DNA from: Methanococcus maripaludis
Lineage (GTDB): Archaea; AGJL01; Methanococci; Methanococcales; Methanococcaceae
Direction: 5' to 3'
Assembly: GCF_002945325.1 (NCBI RefSeq)
Contig: NZ_CP026606.1
Span: 1,290,001 to 1,322,000 of the forward strand
DNA length: 32,000 nucleotides
The position numbers and the translations under genes are program-made. Shown piece after piece: positions 1 to 9,911 of the stretch; the first letter of the stretch is position 1, and the number at the start of each line of letters is the position of its first letter. The notes below the pieces were generated by a model, which did no database searches, was not told where the DNA came from, and saw only the letters and a list, made by a program, of their open reading frames with translations.

Positions 1-2466
1 ACTAATTTTTTCAAGTCCATATCCGTCAAGGAAATGTAGTTTTGTATATATACTGTCTTCAAGGTTTTTACTTGAAACCCAAGCATATACTTGGTATGTT
101 CCATCTGATAATTTTTCTAGCCTTACGATTTCAGAGTAGTCTCCATTTTCGTTTGTTTCCTGTTCGTAGACATTTCCATTCACTTTTAAAATTAGTTTGT
201 GGAAATTTGGACTCTGCATGGATGTCTGGTTGTTGCTGTCAATAACTGCATTTGCCGATTTTATTTCAGAATCTGTAATTTCAAGAATATTTATAACACG
301 GTATGAATCAGTTTCTTGTAGTGGTATGTATACTACAGTAGTTCCGTTAACATCCTGTGCACTACCGCCCAATTGCTGGTAGTAGCCCATTTCTCTATCG
401 CTATTTTCAGTGTTTGCCGGTAAACTAAAGTTCCAGTTTCCAAACATGCTCCATACTGATGCAATACTTGTCATCCTGTTGTAAGTAATTAAATAATCAG
501 GATTTGTAACTTTTGGATGTGTTAAATCAATTACTTCTTCTGCTTCTGCATTTGTCAGGTCGTAGTTATTTACTAAACTAGCTTTAGCTTCTGTTCTTGT
601 CAATGGAAGTATTTCATTTAAAATATCTACAGTATCTTTAATCGATCCTGTTTTTTTAATTAAAATACTGTCATCATCATAAGCGCTGTCTCCACTAGTT
701 GCAAGCATTCTCAAAATTCCAACTGATAAATTTTCATCAGATGTTGAAAATGCATGTCCGACCCAGTAAGCTCTAGGGGTGTTTTGTGATCCTCCATCAA
801 AGGTTACCATTTTTCTTGTAGCCCATGTGTAGATGTGTCCGTTATCCCACCAGCAGGTAACAACTGAGTTTTCAGGAGTTTCTGATTTTATCCAGCTTAA
901 ACTATCCATCCAGCCGTTATTCATTGTAGGTGCAGTATAAAATGGTACTGCGGCAGCCATTGATGGGAAAACAAGCATAACTGCAAGAAGTACTCCAAAT
1001 ACTTTTTTAACAGCTTGCTCCTTTTCAGAAATTATATCAATGATTTTGTATACTGCCAATACAAGCATTGCAATTATTGATAAATAAAATGCAATTGGAA
1101 CATAGGTGGTTGGAATGATTATATTGAATAATTCCCCATTGTATTTGATCAAACTAATTACCGAGAGAATTCCAATTACTGGATATAATATATATTCCAC
1201 TTTTTTTTCGTATCTTTTAATTATATTTTCAATCTGGCCTGCAAAGATTCCTATACCTATTGCAAGTGCAGGAGTCATCAATGCAACGAACCTGATACCT
1301 TTTGTCGCAGCATAAACTGTAGCCATAAGCCAGAGTGTTAAATAAAGTGCATATTTAATATCAATTTTTTGTTTATCGTGTCTGAATGACACAAATGATA
1401 ATAATATTCCAGAAATTCCTGCAATTAATAACCAAACATTTCCAACCGAATTTTCAATTATGTCAGTTACGGTTGGAATTGCAAGTTCTGAAACTGTCGT
1501 ATAAACATTTGGCCAACCTGTTATTTTTGTAGCTTCATTTATTGCAGTAAATCCGATTGGGGATAATATCCCGTTAATAAATCCACTTAATCCTGTTGAA
1601 AGCGAAACAAGAATTGCTCCACCAACCAATGTAATCAATGAGGTTGTAATCACATTTTTTAGATTTTTAGATTTTGTTAAATATTCGTATGCTAAATATA
1701 AAACTAAAAATCCTGCTGTGATATCAAATGCATACCACCAACCCATCCACATCATTGGATATAATCCAATCAAAATGGCAGCAATTCCCCCAAATATACC
1801 CGATTTTTTAGAATTTTCCTGTTCGTGAATTGCTTCCATTACCATCCAGACTATGAATAGTAATGGCAGTATCTCAAATATCGGTGTATCTGAAAATCCA
1901 GCAGATGTTTTATATAATAAACTTGGACTTGAAATCAAAAGCAGCGCTCCAACAAGTCCCCCTATGTTTGAGCCCGTATTTCTCCTTACAATAAAAAATA
2001 CAGGAATTCCAAGGAAAATACTCATAATTGCAGGAACCCAGAATGCTGCATTCATTATTGTAACTGTTGAATCAATCGAATTCCAAACTGAATATACTAA
2101 AACTGTTGCAATAGAAAGTGCAGAAACTGAACCTGATTTATGTCCCGGAGGTGCGTACTGTATTGTATCATATGGGATATTTTCCCCATTTATTTCAACG
2201 GTAGTTTCTCCAACATGTGAATAATCACTATTTACATAATTTTCAGTCATTCTAAGGTAGTAATAAGGGTCGAGTGCAGTTAAATACATCCTGCCGTTAT
2301 CGTCTGAGAACATGTCTTGCAAATATGAATTATCTGTAAACGCCATGTCCGCAGTTTGGGCACGGATTTGAAAGCTCATCATTCCTATAAACAATAATAT
2401 TAGGATGATCTTTATTTTTTCATTCTTTTTGAAAAAATCTGAGACTTTATTTAAAAATTCACCCAT
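1..2466 (-). CDS. aglB: Archaeal oligosaccharyltransferase AglB (STT3 family), C-terminus beyond window start
   Basis: The minus-strand frame is open from the ATG at 2464-2466 (GGAGGAGG 3 nt upstream) to position 1, 822 codons with no stop, which explains its absence from the ORF track. The translation starts MGEFLNKVSDFFKKNEKIKIILILLFIGMM. It has a multi-TM N-terminal half and a WWDNGH motif (the STT3/AglB WWDxG catalytic motif) encoded at about 826-852. Confidence 0.85.
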   Translation of the reverse strand, partial: MGEFLNKVSDFFKKNEKIKIILILLFIGMMSFQIRAQTADMAFTDNSYLQDMFSDDNGRMYLTALDPYYYLRMTENYVNSDYSHVGETTVEINGENIPYDTIQYAPPGHKSGSVSALSIATVLVYSVWNSIDSTVTIMNAAFWVPAIMSIFLGIPVFFIVRRNTGSNIGGLVGALLLISSPSLLYKTSAGFSDTPIFEILPLLFIVWMVMEAIHEQENSKKSGIFGGIAAILIGLYPMMWMGWWYAFDITAGFLVLYLAYEYLTKSKNLKNVITTSLITLVGGAILVSLSTGLSGFINGILSPIGFTAINEATKITGWPNVYTTVSELAIPTVTDIIENSVGNVWLLIAGISGILLSFVSFRHDKQKIDIKYALYLTLWLMATVYAATKGIRFVALMTPALAIGIGIFAGQIENIIKRYEKKVEYILYPVIGILSVISLIKYNGELFNIIIPTTYVPIAFYLSIIAMLVLAVYKIIDIISEKEQAVKKVFGVLLAVMLVFPSMAAAVPFYTAPTMNNGWMDSLSWIKSETPENSVVTCWWDNGHIYTWATRKMVTFDGGSQNTPRAYWVGHAFSTSDENLSVGILRMLATSGDSAYDDDSILIKKTGSIKDTVDILNEILPLTRTEAKASLVNNYDLTNAEAEEVIDLTHPKVTNPDYLITYNRMTSIASVWSMFGNWNFSLPANTENSDREMGYYQQLGGSAQDVNGTTVVYIPLQETDSYRVINILEITDSEIKSANAVIDSNNQTSMQSPNFHKLILKVNGNVYEQETNENGDYSEIVRLEKLSDGTYQVYAWVSSKNLEDSIYTKLHFLDGYGLEKIS

Positions 2467-2505
2467 AATCCTCCTCCAAAATTTTTATCAAAAATAATCA
2501 ATAAT

Positions 2506-2518
2506 GTATATATAAATA
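2506..2518. promoter_or_regulatory. Near-symmetric TATA element shared by divergent aglB and the GT4 gene
   Basis: GTATATATAAATA sits centrally in the 96-bp spacer, about 40 nt from the aglB ATG and about 45 nt from the GT4 ATG. It reads as a TATA box on both strands. Confidence 0.35.
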
Positions 2519-2562
2519 GTTTATCAATTGAATTATGTTTTAATAGTATAAATGGTGATGTT

Positions 2563-3462
2563 ATGGATTTATATTTTGTTTTATCTGCTTTATTTTCTTT
2601 TGTAATTTCTCTGATATTCACAAAGTTCATGATTAAAAAAATGGTTAATTACAAGTATGGTTATGACCTTCATAAGGCCGATAAAATCAAGGTGGCAGAA
2701 ATGGGTGGGTTATCACCCGTAGTTGTATCGTCTGTTGTAATGTTATTTTTCAACCCGGCAATTTCTCTAAGTATATTTTTACCGGGATTTGTTGGGGTAA
2801 TCGACGACATTTCAAGATTAAATTCAAAAGAAAAGATAGTTTTAACATTTTTAATCGGCTTTCCAGTCGCATTTTTTTTAAAGTTGGGTTTTTTACCATC
2901 CATTCTTTTAATCCTTGGAATTTTTATCTCATCAAATTTAACAAACATGCTTGCAGGTTTCAACGGTCTTGAAATTGGAATGGGGATACTTCTCTGTTTA
3001 TTTATGGCGGCAGTATGCTTGATGAATGGAGATATATTTGGATTTAAAGTTTTGATTTTATTTTCAGCAGCGTATCTCGGACTTTTATACTACAACCGAT
3101 ACCCTGCAAAGGTATTTCCTGGGGACACTGGAACCCTTCCAATCGGTGCATTTTTAGCAACTATTGCAGTATGGAGAGGATTTATTCCGGAATTATTTAT
3201 ACTAATGATTCCATTCGTGGTTGATGCACTTTTAAAGCAGTTTACTGCAGGAGTTACAAAAAAAGATACTGTATTTACACCTACTAAATTAAAAAATGGA
3301 AAGTTATGTGTTGAAGGCGGATATCTGTCATTGCCAAGAATGATTTTAATGAAAAAAGCAATGGAAGAATATAAAATAGTACTTGTGTTATGGGCAATCG
3401 AAGCCTTTTTTGGAATTTTGAGTATTTTATATACAAAATACATCGGATTTAATATTTTTTAA
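2563..3462 (+). CDS. Glycosyltransferase family 4 (MraY/WecA/AglH-like dolichyl-phosphate HexNAc-1-phosphate transferase)
   Basis: 299-aa polytopic membrane protein. It carries NLTNMLAGFNGLEIG and VFPGDTGTLPIG motifs typical of polyprenyl-phosphate sugar-1-P transferases. GGTGA lies 3 nt upstream of the ATG. The gene is divergent from aglB. Confidence 0.8.
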   Translation: MDLYFVLSALFSFVISLIFTKFMIKKMVNYKYGYDLHKADKIKVAEMGGLSPVVVSSVVMLFFNPAISLSIFLPGFVGVIDDISRLNSKEKIVLTFLIGFPVAFFLKLGFLPSILLILGIFISSNLTNMLAGFNGLEIGMGILLCLFMAAVCLMNGDIFGFKVLILFSAAYLGLLYYNRYPAKVFPGDTGTLPIGAFLATIAVWRGFIPELFILMIPFVVDALLKQFTAGVTKKDTVFTPTKLKNGKLCVEGGYLSLPRMILMKKAMEEYKIVLVLWAIEAFFGILSILYTKYIGFNIF

Positions 3463-3501
3463 AAAAGTAAAAATTTTTTATTTTAGTTATTTTTTTAAGT
3501 T
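3463..3501. terminator. Bidirectional oligo-T terminator region between the convergent GT4 gene and secY
   Basis: Plus-strand T6 (3474-3479), T4 and T7 (3490-3496) follow the GT4 stop. A6 at 3461-3466 reads as T6 on the minus strand after the secY stop. Archaeal terminators are oligo-T tracts. Confidence 0.5.
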
Positions 3502-4830
3502 TTATTTTCTTATGAACTTCGCAATTGATGGGTGAAGTTCAGAGAGTTGTTCTTGAACGAGCTGTTCGTATAATCTGTATACAATTGATACTGTAAGCAA
3601 TACTCCAGTACCTCCTCCAAGTGCACCAGTAAAGTCAGCAGCTGCGGCCAAAAATCCAACAAATGCTGAACCCATTACTGTAATTGGTGTTATGTATCTT
3701 TTTAAACGTTGTTCAATTGATTTTTGGCTTTTTCTAAATCCTTTAATCGCCATATCGAGATTCCCAAGTTTTTTAGCCATTGATTTTGCGTCAAGTCCTG
3801 AGGTTTCAACCCAGAAAAGACCAAACAAGATACAGAATATTACCATCATTACAGTGTAAAATACTGCATGAAGCGGATCTGCAGTCAGGCTAGAAATTCC
3901 ATACGGTGTTGAGAAGTAGTATGCAAGTCCATCAACTGCCCTACCACTCGTATAGTGCCCGAGAATTGGGAAACCCATTTTTTCTAAAAACATTCCCCAA
4001 AGCTGTATGTTTGCAAACAATGCTGCAGCAAGGATAACTGGCAGGTTTGAAACATAAATGAATTTTATTGGGTATTTTCCAACAGCACCTTTTACTCTTC
4101 CGTGTGCTAGTGGAATTTCTACTCTGATACTTTCAACGTAAACTACAACTAAGAATACAAGTATTGTACCTAAAATCGGTAAAATATATTCCAATGCAGT
4201 CCATAAACTTCCTGCAGTCATTGCAGTGAAGAATTTCCATAAATATCCTTCTGCACCAAAGGTTCCTACAAATATTGTTTGTGAGACTCCTGCTGCAATG
4301 AAAAGACCGATACCTGATCCGATACCGTATCTTGAAACAATTTCATCCAAATAAATAATTAATATCGCACCAAGTGCAAGCTGGAATACTAACACTGCAG
4401 TCATTAGTGGGGTTAATGCACCAAATGCCCCTGCTCCAACAAACATCAAAGCTTCGAGGAAACATAATGCTATACCAAATAACTTTTGTAAACCCTGAAA
4501 TAGTGCCCTATTCATTGGTTTTGATAGATCCAGACTTATAAGTTCGGATCCGACCAATAGCTGCATAATAATTCCTGCAGTTACAATTGGCCCGATACCA
4601 AGCGTAATTAAAGTACCCATTTTAGAAGCAGTAACGGTCTGCCAAAAATCAAATATTGCAGGCATTTCTGAACCGCCCGTGTAAATATCGATTGTACCCA
4701 AAATAAAGTAGAGTACAAGCACAAGTGCAGTCCATTGTAATTTTTCTTTAAATGAAATTTCTCTTAGCGGTCTTTTTACTTCAGGTATTAATTCAAGTAT
4801 AGGTTTTATTTTTAATAGAAAACTTTCCAA
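3502..4830 (-). CDS. secY: Preprotein translocase subunit SecY
   Basis: 442-aa, 10-TM protein with the hallmark GIGPIVTAGIIMQLL motif. It sits directly downstream of L15, as in spc operons. The start is TTG at 4828-4830, with AGGTGA 4 nt upstream. Confidence 0.97.
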   Translation of the reverse strand: MESFLLKIKPILELIPEVKRPLREISFKEKLQWTALVLVLYFILGTIDIYTGGSEMPAIFDFWQTVTASKMGTLITLGIGPIVTAGIIMQLLVGSELISLDLSKPMNRALFQGLQKLFGIALCFLEALMFVGAGAFGALTPLMTAVLVFQLALGAILIIYLDEIVSRYGIGSGIGLFIAAGVSQTIFVGTFGAEGYLWKFFTAMTAGSLWTALEYILPILGTILVFLVVVYVESIRVEIPLAHGRVKGAVGKYPIKFIYVSNLPVILAAALFANIQLWGMFLEKMGFPILGHYTSGRAVDGLAYYFSTPYGISSLTADPLHAVFYTVMMVIFCILFGLFWVETSGLDAKSMAKKLGNLDMAIKGFRKSQKSIEQRLKRYITPITVMGSAFVGFLAAAADFTGALGGGTGVLLTVSIVYRLYEQLVQEQLSELHPSIAKFIRK

Positions 4831-5057
4831 ATTTTCACCTTGGAATAAACATGATAAATTTCAATAAACGAGAAAATTTACAAATTTGTTATCAAATAGT
4901 GTAATTGTGATAATCTTTGGAAAATGTATTAAATATCGGTTTCACAACATTAAAAGATATTAAAAAATGAGTATTTAAATGATTGGGATATTCATAGTAT
5001 CCACTATCAAAAATAAGAAAAAGCAGAATTAAATGGAATAAGTGATTCTTAATTGAA

Positions 5058-5489
5058 TTACAATTCAACAAATTCTCCACCGGCAGCCTCAATTTTTTCT
5101 TTAGCTCCTTCAGAGAATTCAACTGCTTTTACAACCATTGCGGTTGAGATTCTTCCTTTTCCGAGAACTTTTTCGAATCCGATTTCGGTAGCGTTAACTA
5201 CAACTTTACCTTCTTCTACTTGGAATGCATCTTTGTATTTTAAGATGTATTCTTCTAATTCTCCAATGTTGATAGTTTCTAACTGTTTTATAAGGCAAGG
5301 GTTTCTGTTGAATCCGTATTTACCAAAGTAGTCAGGATTGAATTTACAGACGGACAACCATTTATGTTTTTGGTGACCAGCGTTACCCCTACCACCTCTG
5401 TGGCCAGCGCCTCTGTGTTTTTTAGCTTCTCCATATCCGCAGGTTCTGGAGCCTCTTTTTTTCGTGATTTTTTTGCTTTTTCTAATCAT
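5058..5489 (-). CDS. rpl15: 50S ribosomal protein uL15
   Basis: 143 aa with a Gly/Arg/His-rich N-terminus (GAGHRGGRGNAGHQKH). AGGTGA SD. Position in the spc-type order. Confidence 0.95.
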   Translation of the reverse strand: MIRKSKKITKKRGSRTCGYGEAKKHRGAGHRGGRGNAGHQKHKWLSVCKFNPDYFGKYGFNRNPCLIKQLETINIGELEEYILKYKDAFQVEEGKVVVNATEIGFEKVLGKGRISTAMVVKAVEFSEGAKEKIEAAGGEFVEL

Positions 5490-5503
5490 TAAATCACCTT
5501 AAA

Positions 5504-5968
5504 TTACATCATTTTGTTCAATAAATCGTTGATTTTACCAGATCTGTAACCTAAGGCACCACCAATTGAGAATCCTTTTTTAACTCCTGCTCTATCATAT
5601 CCTTTTCTTGGAGGATGTAATCTGAATACAGGTTTTATTGGTGTGTCTTTTATTTTAATTTCGCCAGCAATTACTTTTTCAGCTAACTCTTCAACTGGAA
5701 GTTCTGTTAACTCTTTTACGAGTTCTTCAGATAATCTTTTGTTTCCAGGAAGTCTTCCTCTTTTTAAAATTAAAGCTACAAGTGTATCTTTATCGATTTC
5801 ACCGTAGGTTACATAGTCTTTAACTTTTTTTATCATTCCAGTGTAGTGTTCTGTATCTGGAATTATAACACAGTGGTTTACACGGTGTAGTCTTAACATC
5901 TTCATGGTATCTGCGATGTCTCCTCTAACACCTACGCTTCCTCTGACTCTTACAACTGCGTAAGCCAT
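5504..5968 (-). CDS. rpl30: 50S ribosomal protein uL30
   Basis: 154 aa starting [27 protein letters not shown], the L30/L7 family signature. GGTGA SD. Operon position. Confidence 0.95.
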   Translation of the reverse strand: MAYAVVRVRGSVGVRGDIADTMKMLRLHRVNHCVIIPDTEHYTGMIKKVKDYVTYGEIDKDTLVALILKRGRLPGNKRLSEELVKELTELPVEELAEKVIAGEIKIKDTPIKPVFRLHPPRKGYDRAGVKKGFSIGGALGYRSGKINDLLNKMM

Positions 5969-5999
5969 GTTTTAATCACCTTTTTTAAAAAGTAATAAA

Positions 6000-6677
6000 T
6001 TAGAGTACTCTTCCTTCTGTAAGACCTAATTTTTCCTTTTGGTTAGGCAAGCATCTTACGAAGTTTAAGTTGTTTAATGCATCGAATGTAGCTTCAGCAA
6101 AGTTGTATGTGGTTCTTGTGTCACCAAATGTTTTAGTCCATGCATCTTTTACACCTGCAAGACCTAAAACAGCTTTTGCAACGTTACCAGCAACTAAACC
6201 AACACCTCTTGGTGCAGGGAGTAATTCTACTTTAACGCTACCACAAGCTCCTTTAGCTGTGAAAGGGATTGAGTGAGGTGATCCGCAACCGCATTCCCAT
6301 GAACCGCAGCCAACTCTAACTTTGATTAATGATAATTTTGCGTGAGCAATTGCTTTTCTGATAGCAGGGCCAACTTCTTTTGATTTACCCATGCCTACTC
6401 CAACGTAACCGTTTTTGTTACCAACAACAACAGTTGCTCTGTATCTTGCTCTTCTTCCAGATTTGTGCATTCTTTGAACTAATTTAACGTCCAAAACTTG
6501 CTCTTCCAAATCAGGTAAAAGTGCATCAACAATTTCAGGTTCTAATAATGGAAGACCTTTATCCATAATGTAGCTAATGTCTGAAATTGTTCCTTCCTTA
6601 ACCATTCTACCAATTTGGGTTTTTGGCTCCCAAGCTTCGGTATTGAATTTTCTTTTTTCAGCTCTTTTTTCAGCCAT
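6000..6677 (-). CDS. rps5: 30S ribosomal protein uS5
   Basis: 225 aa containing [27 protein letters not shown] (S5 dsRBD plus C-terminal domain). Operon position. Confidence 0.97.
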   Translation of the reverse strand: MAEKRAEKRKFNTEAWEPKTQIGRMVKEGTISDISYIMDKGLPLLEPEIVDALLPDLEEQVLDVKLVQRMHKSGRRARYRATVVVGNKNGYVGVGMGKSKEVGPAIRKAIAHAKLSLIKVRVGCGSWECGCGSPHSIPFTAKGACGSVKVELLPAPRGVGLVAGNVAKAVLGLAGVKDAWTKTFGDTRTTYNFAEATFDALNNLNFVRCLPNQKEKLGLTEGRVL

Positions 6678-6687
6678 TTATATCACC

Positions 6688-7275
6688 TTATAAGTTAAGG
6701 ATTTTTTCTTTCAGTTCTTCAACGTGTTCTGGCAAGTCTTCTGGGTTTAATCCTTTTTCTAAGTATTTTGAGAACTGTTTTTTGTACGCATCTGCATCTT
6801 CTTTTAAGCTTTCAGCGTAATTTTTAACGTGAGTTCCGTTTAATCTTTCTTCATCTGCGATGATTTTATCACCGTGAGGTATATCCATACCTGCATCAAG
6901 TGCACCTTTTAAAACAGCGAAAATTGCAGCTCCTTTGGTAGCTCTGTGAAGACCTTTGTCCAAAACTGCTTCTTTTACATCTTCTTTAACTGCTTTTGCA
7001 CCTAACAATAAACCTGTTAAGTATGCAGCAGGTAAGTTTCCGCAGTGGCCTTTGTAGCCCATTTTAACGAGTTCTTTGGAGTGTGCTGAAACTAAGACAA
7101 CGTCTCCTTTTTCATCGTATGCCATAAGCTGAGCGGTCACATTGTTTAAGGATTTTCTCGCAACTAATCTTGGTTTACCAGACAATAATAATCCTAATCT
7201 TTGTCTGAAATCTGTTTTTCCTTCTCTTCTTCTTCTAAAAGGAACTCTGAATTTGGCGTTCATTGCCATAGTCAT
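6688..7275 (-). CDS. rpl18: 50S ribosomal protein uL18
   Basis: 195 aa containing FRRRREGKTDFRQRL. AAGGAGGA directly abuts the first ATG, so the second ATG at 7267-7269 may be the real start. Confidence 0.93.
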   Translation of the reverse strand: MTMAMNAKFRVPFRRRREGKTDFRQRLGLLLSGKPRLVARKSLNNVTAQLMAYDEKGDVVLVSAHSKELVKMGYKGHCGNLPAAYLTGLLLGAKAVKEDVKEAVLDKGLHRATKGAAIFAVLKGALDAGMDIPHGDKIIADEERLNGTHVKNYAESLKEDADAYKKQFSKYLEKGLNPEDLPEHVEELKEKILNL

Positions 7276-7292
7276 TCCTCCTTAAATTTGAA

Positions 7293-7742
7293 TTATTCAG
7301 CTAAAATTCCATGTTCTTTCATGTATAATTTCATGTGATTTCTACTTCTGAATGCTCCACCTTTAGCCATTCTGTAGAGTTTTCTGTATGCTGATCTTTC
7401 GATTTTTTCATTTTCTCTTAATTCTTTCAGCATTTTTCTGAGCGGCCTAATTGTGTTCATCCATTTCTCTTTTTTAGGCGTTCTAGCACCTTTAGCCCCT
7501 TTTCTTGAACCAGGTCCTTTTCTCTTTCCTTTTCTCTTCTGTTCTTGAACTTCTTTTTTCCTAGCGCTGCTGATTCCTTTTTCCTGTTTTTTAACAATGA
7601 TTCCATCGTTAATCAAGAGTCTAATGTCATCTTTGGTGATTGCCATTTTGACTTTTTCCAGGTTTTCCGGATCAATCCATACCCTGTCGATACCGCAATC
7701 CAAAACAGCTGCAGCAATTCTTCTCTGGGTTGATACATCCAT
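7293..7742 (-). CDS. rpl19e: 50S ribosomal protein eL19
   Basis: 149 aa starting MDVSTQRRIAAAVLDCGIDRVWIDP, with a basic central tract. AGGTGA SD. Confidence 0.95.
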   Translation of the reverse strand: MDVSTQRRIAAAVLDCGIDRVWIDPENLEKVKMAITKDDIRLLINDGIIVKKQEKGISSARKKEVQEQKRKGKRKGPGSRKGAKGARTPKKEKWMNTIRPLRKMLKELRENEKIERSAYRKLYRMAKGGAFRSRNHMKLYMKEHGILAE

Positions 7743-7768
7743 AATATCACCTTATATCTTAAGCGAGA

Positions 7769-8176
7769 TTATAAACTTAAGAATTCTTCCTGTTTTTGTT
7801 TGGATACGTTAAACACTCTAATTCCTAATTCATTAGCTTTTTTAACGATTTCTATTCTTTTTCTTTTACCAACGGTAGCTGCAATTCTTGCGCCTTGAAC
7901 TTCAGGGTTTAATGCAACTAATTCTTTTACATTGTTAACAAGAATATCTTGTAAACCTGATGGGTGTAAACCTCTAACAAGAACAGGTCCTCTGTAGCCT
8001 GTGTTAACAACAGCAGCTCTGTGTGTCAATCCTATTCTCATACCGCTGTGTTTACCGAAAGGTCTTCTCCAGCTAGTTCCAATTCTTGAACACTTGAACC
8101 AGTCCTGTCTTTTAAATTCAGGTCTTTTTTGTTTCATTTTGAGTTTTAATCTCATTAATCTTTTGAATTCACTCAT
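7769..8176 (-). CDS. rpl32e: 50S ribosomal protein eL32
   Basis: 135 aa containing WRRPFGKHSGMR and GLHPSG motifs of the L32e family. AGGTGG SD. Confidence 0.95.
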   Translation of the reverse strand: MSEFKRLMRLKLKMKQKRPEFKRQDWFKCSRIGTSWRRPFGKHSGMRIGLTHRAAVVNTGYRGPVLVRGLHPSGLQDILVNNVKELVALNPEVQGARIAATVGKRKRIEIVKKANELGIRVFNVSKQKQEEFLSL

Positions 8177-8185
8177 GAGACCACC

Positions 8186-8734
8186 TTATAATACTTTCCC
8201 TGCTTTTTCTACAATGTAGATGCCATCTTGGAATATTCTTGTGTCTCTTCCTTTAACTTTAGTAGCTTGTTCGATGTTTGCAGCGGTTTGACCAACAAAT
8301 TCTTTGTTAGCTCCACTTACAACCACGTCTTCACCACTAACTTTTACAGTGACTCCATCCATGATTTTAGCAGTTCTAGTGTATTTTTCTCCTAAGAAGT
8401 TGTCAATCATTACAGTGTTTCCTTTAGCACTAACTTTCATTGGGAAGTGAGCGTATCTGATTACTAATTTGTATTCAAATCCGTCAGTAACACCTGTGAT
8501 CATGTTTTGAATGTGTGATCTGTAGGTTCCAACAATTGCGGTTTGTGCTTTTCTTGGGAATGCACACTCAATAACAACTTTTCCGTCTTCTGTGCTTATT
8601 TCAATTCCTGGGTACATTAATTCTCTTTTAAGTTCTTTTGCACCAGATTTAACAACAACTGTGCTGCCGTTAATTTCAACGTTGACGTTTTCAGGAATTT
8701 CGATTTCTTCCCTTATTAAAGCTGCAACTGGCAT
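8186..8734 (-). CDS. rpl6: 50S ribosomal protein uL6
   Basis: 182 aa with two-domain L6 architecture. GGAGGT SD. Operon position between S8 and L32e. Confidence 0.95.
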
Positions 8735-8755
8735 AAGAATACCTCCATAATGTCC

Positions 8756-9148
8756 TTAGTATATGTAAGAAATTAATCTTCCACCTACTCCAGCGTTTCT
8801 AGCTTCGTCGTGTGTCATTAATCCTTTTGGGGTACTTACGATTAACAATCCGAAACCTTTAGCCGGTAAGTATCTTTTTTCGAATTTTTCGAAGTCGTGG
8901 TTTTTAACAGCGTATCTTGGTTTTACAGCCCCACATTTGTTGATTTGTCCGATTAAATCAACTTTGTAGACTCCTGCTTTTCCATCTTCAATGTATTCGA
9001 AGTTTCCAATGTATCCTTGATCCTGCATAACATTTAGAACTCTTCCAATTAATTTTGAAGCAGGTTTCAAGTAAGCTACGTTTTTACCCACACTTTCGCA
9101 GTTGGATACGTGGTTTAATGCGTTTGCAAGAGGGTCCATTAAACTCAT
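8756..9148 (-). CDS. rps8: 30S ribosomal protein uS8
   Basis: 130 aa starting [18 protein letters not shown] and ending [17 protein letters not shown]. Confidence 0.96.
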   Translation of the reverse strand: MSLMDPLANALNHVSNCESVGKNVAYLKPASKLIGRVLNVMQDQGYIGNFEYIEDGKAGVYKVDLIGQINKCGAVKPRYAVKNHDFEKFEKRYLPAKGFGLLIVSTPKGLMTHDEARNAGVGGRLISYIY

Positions 9149-9166
9149 ATTGTTACCTCCTTGTCC

Positions 9167-9328
9167 TTAATCGTACTTTTTAAATCCTAGTTTTGGTGCT
9201 AATTCTCTGAAGCATTGTCTGCATAAATTTAATCCGTATTTTCTGATGATTCCTGGCCCTTTTCTTCCGCATCTTTTGCAAACTTTTGAACCTTGGCCGT
9301 ATTTTGTCTTAAATGGTGTTTTTGTCAT
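9167..9328 (-). CDS. rps14: 30S ribosomal protein uS14 (zinc-binding type Z)
   Basis: Not in the ORF track because it is only 53 aa. My hand translation is [53 protein letters not shown], with CxxC...CxxC. It fills the gap between L5 and S8 exactly where S14 belongs. Confidence 0.92.
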   Translation of the reverse strand: MTKTPFKTKYGQGSKVCKRCGRKGPGIIRKYGLNLCRQCFRELAPKLGFKKYD

Positions 9329-9337
9329 TCTTTCACC

Positions 9338-9883
9338 TTATTCCCTAACTACTTCAGTATCGAATTTAGCTTGGATGTATTCGATAGCTTCGTCTTTGGT
9401 AACTAAGTGTTTCTCTGGAATGTGGCTTCTTTTTACTTTTCTTGATTTTACTCTGTATCCTGATTTTTCAAAGGTTACACAGATATCCATACCATAGATT
9501 CCAACTGATGGGTCGTATTTTTGACCGGGGAAGTCAATATGTTCAGGAACACCAAATGAGAAGTTTCCAACCTGGTCAAATGATGACGCAAAGAGTGTTT
9601 TACCACATGCTTTGAAAGCAGTGAACGCATTTTTGAGGAATTCTTCAGCTTTTTTTCCTCTTAATGTTACTTTTAATCCAATTGGTAATTTTTTTCTGAT
9701 ACCAAATGCAGGGTTTGTCTGTTTAGCTAAAGTCCTTACTGGTGATTGGCCGGTGAGTTCTTCAATAACTTTTGCACCTATTGTTAACCTATCTCCAGCT
9801 TCACCTACACCGAAGTTTACGGTGACTTTTTGGATTCTTGGTTTTTTCATAGGTTCTTTTTCCCAAACTTCTTGGAATGACAT
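9338..9883 (-). CDS. rpl5: 50S ribosomal protein uL5
   Basis: 181 aa containing KVTVNFGVGEAGDRL. GAGGAGGA SD. Confidence 0.96.
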   Translation of the reverse strand: MSFQEVWEKEPMKKPRIQKVTVNFGVGEAGDRLTIGAKVIEELTGQSPVRTLAKQTNPAFGIRKKLPIGLKVTLRGKKAEEFLKNAFTAFKACGKTLFASSFDQVGNFSFGVPEHIDFPGQKYDPSVGIYGMDICVTFEKSGYRVKSRKVKRSHIPEKHLVTKDEAIEYIQAKFDTEVVRE

Positions 9884-9911
9884 GTTTCGTCCTCCTCTAA
9901 TTTTATGGGCA

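Noticed and set aside
1106-2224. Plus-strand ORFs of 69 aa and 123 aa in the first 2.4 kb
   Set aside because: They lie antisense to the uninterrupted aglB frame, which contains the WWDNGH catalytic motif. The track simply lacks aglB because it has no stop in the window.
2484-2526. Repeated TTATCAA motifs flanking the aglB/GT4 TATA element
   Set aside because: These are only 7-bp AT-rich direct repeats, which are expected by chance at this base composition. They are not reported as a site.
4892-5122. 76-aa minus-strand ORF spanning the L15/secY spacer
   Set aside because: It overlaps the 3' end of L15 in another frame. It has no SD, is N/K/F/L-rich and crosses oligo-T terminator tracts, so it is most likely non-coding spacer.
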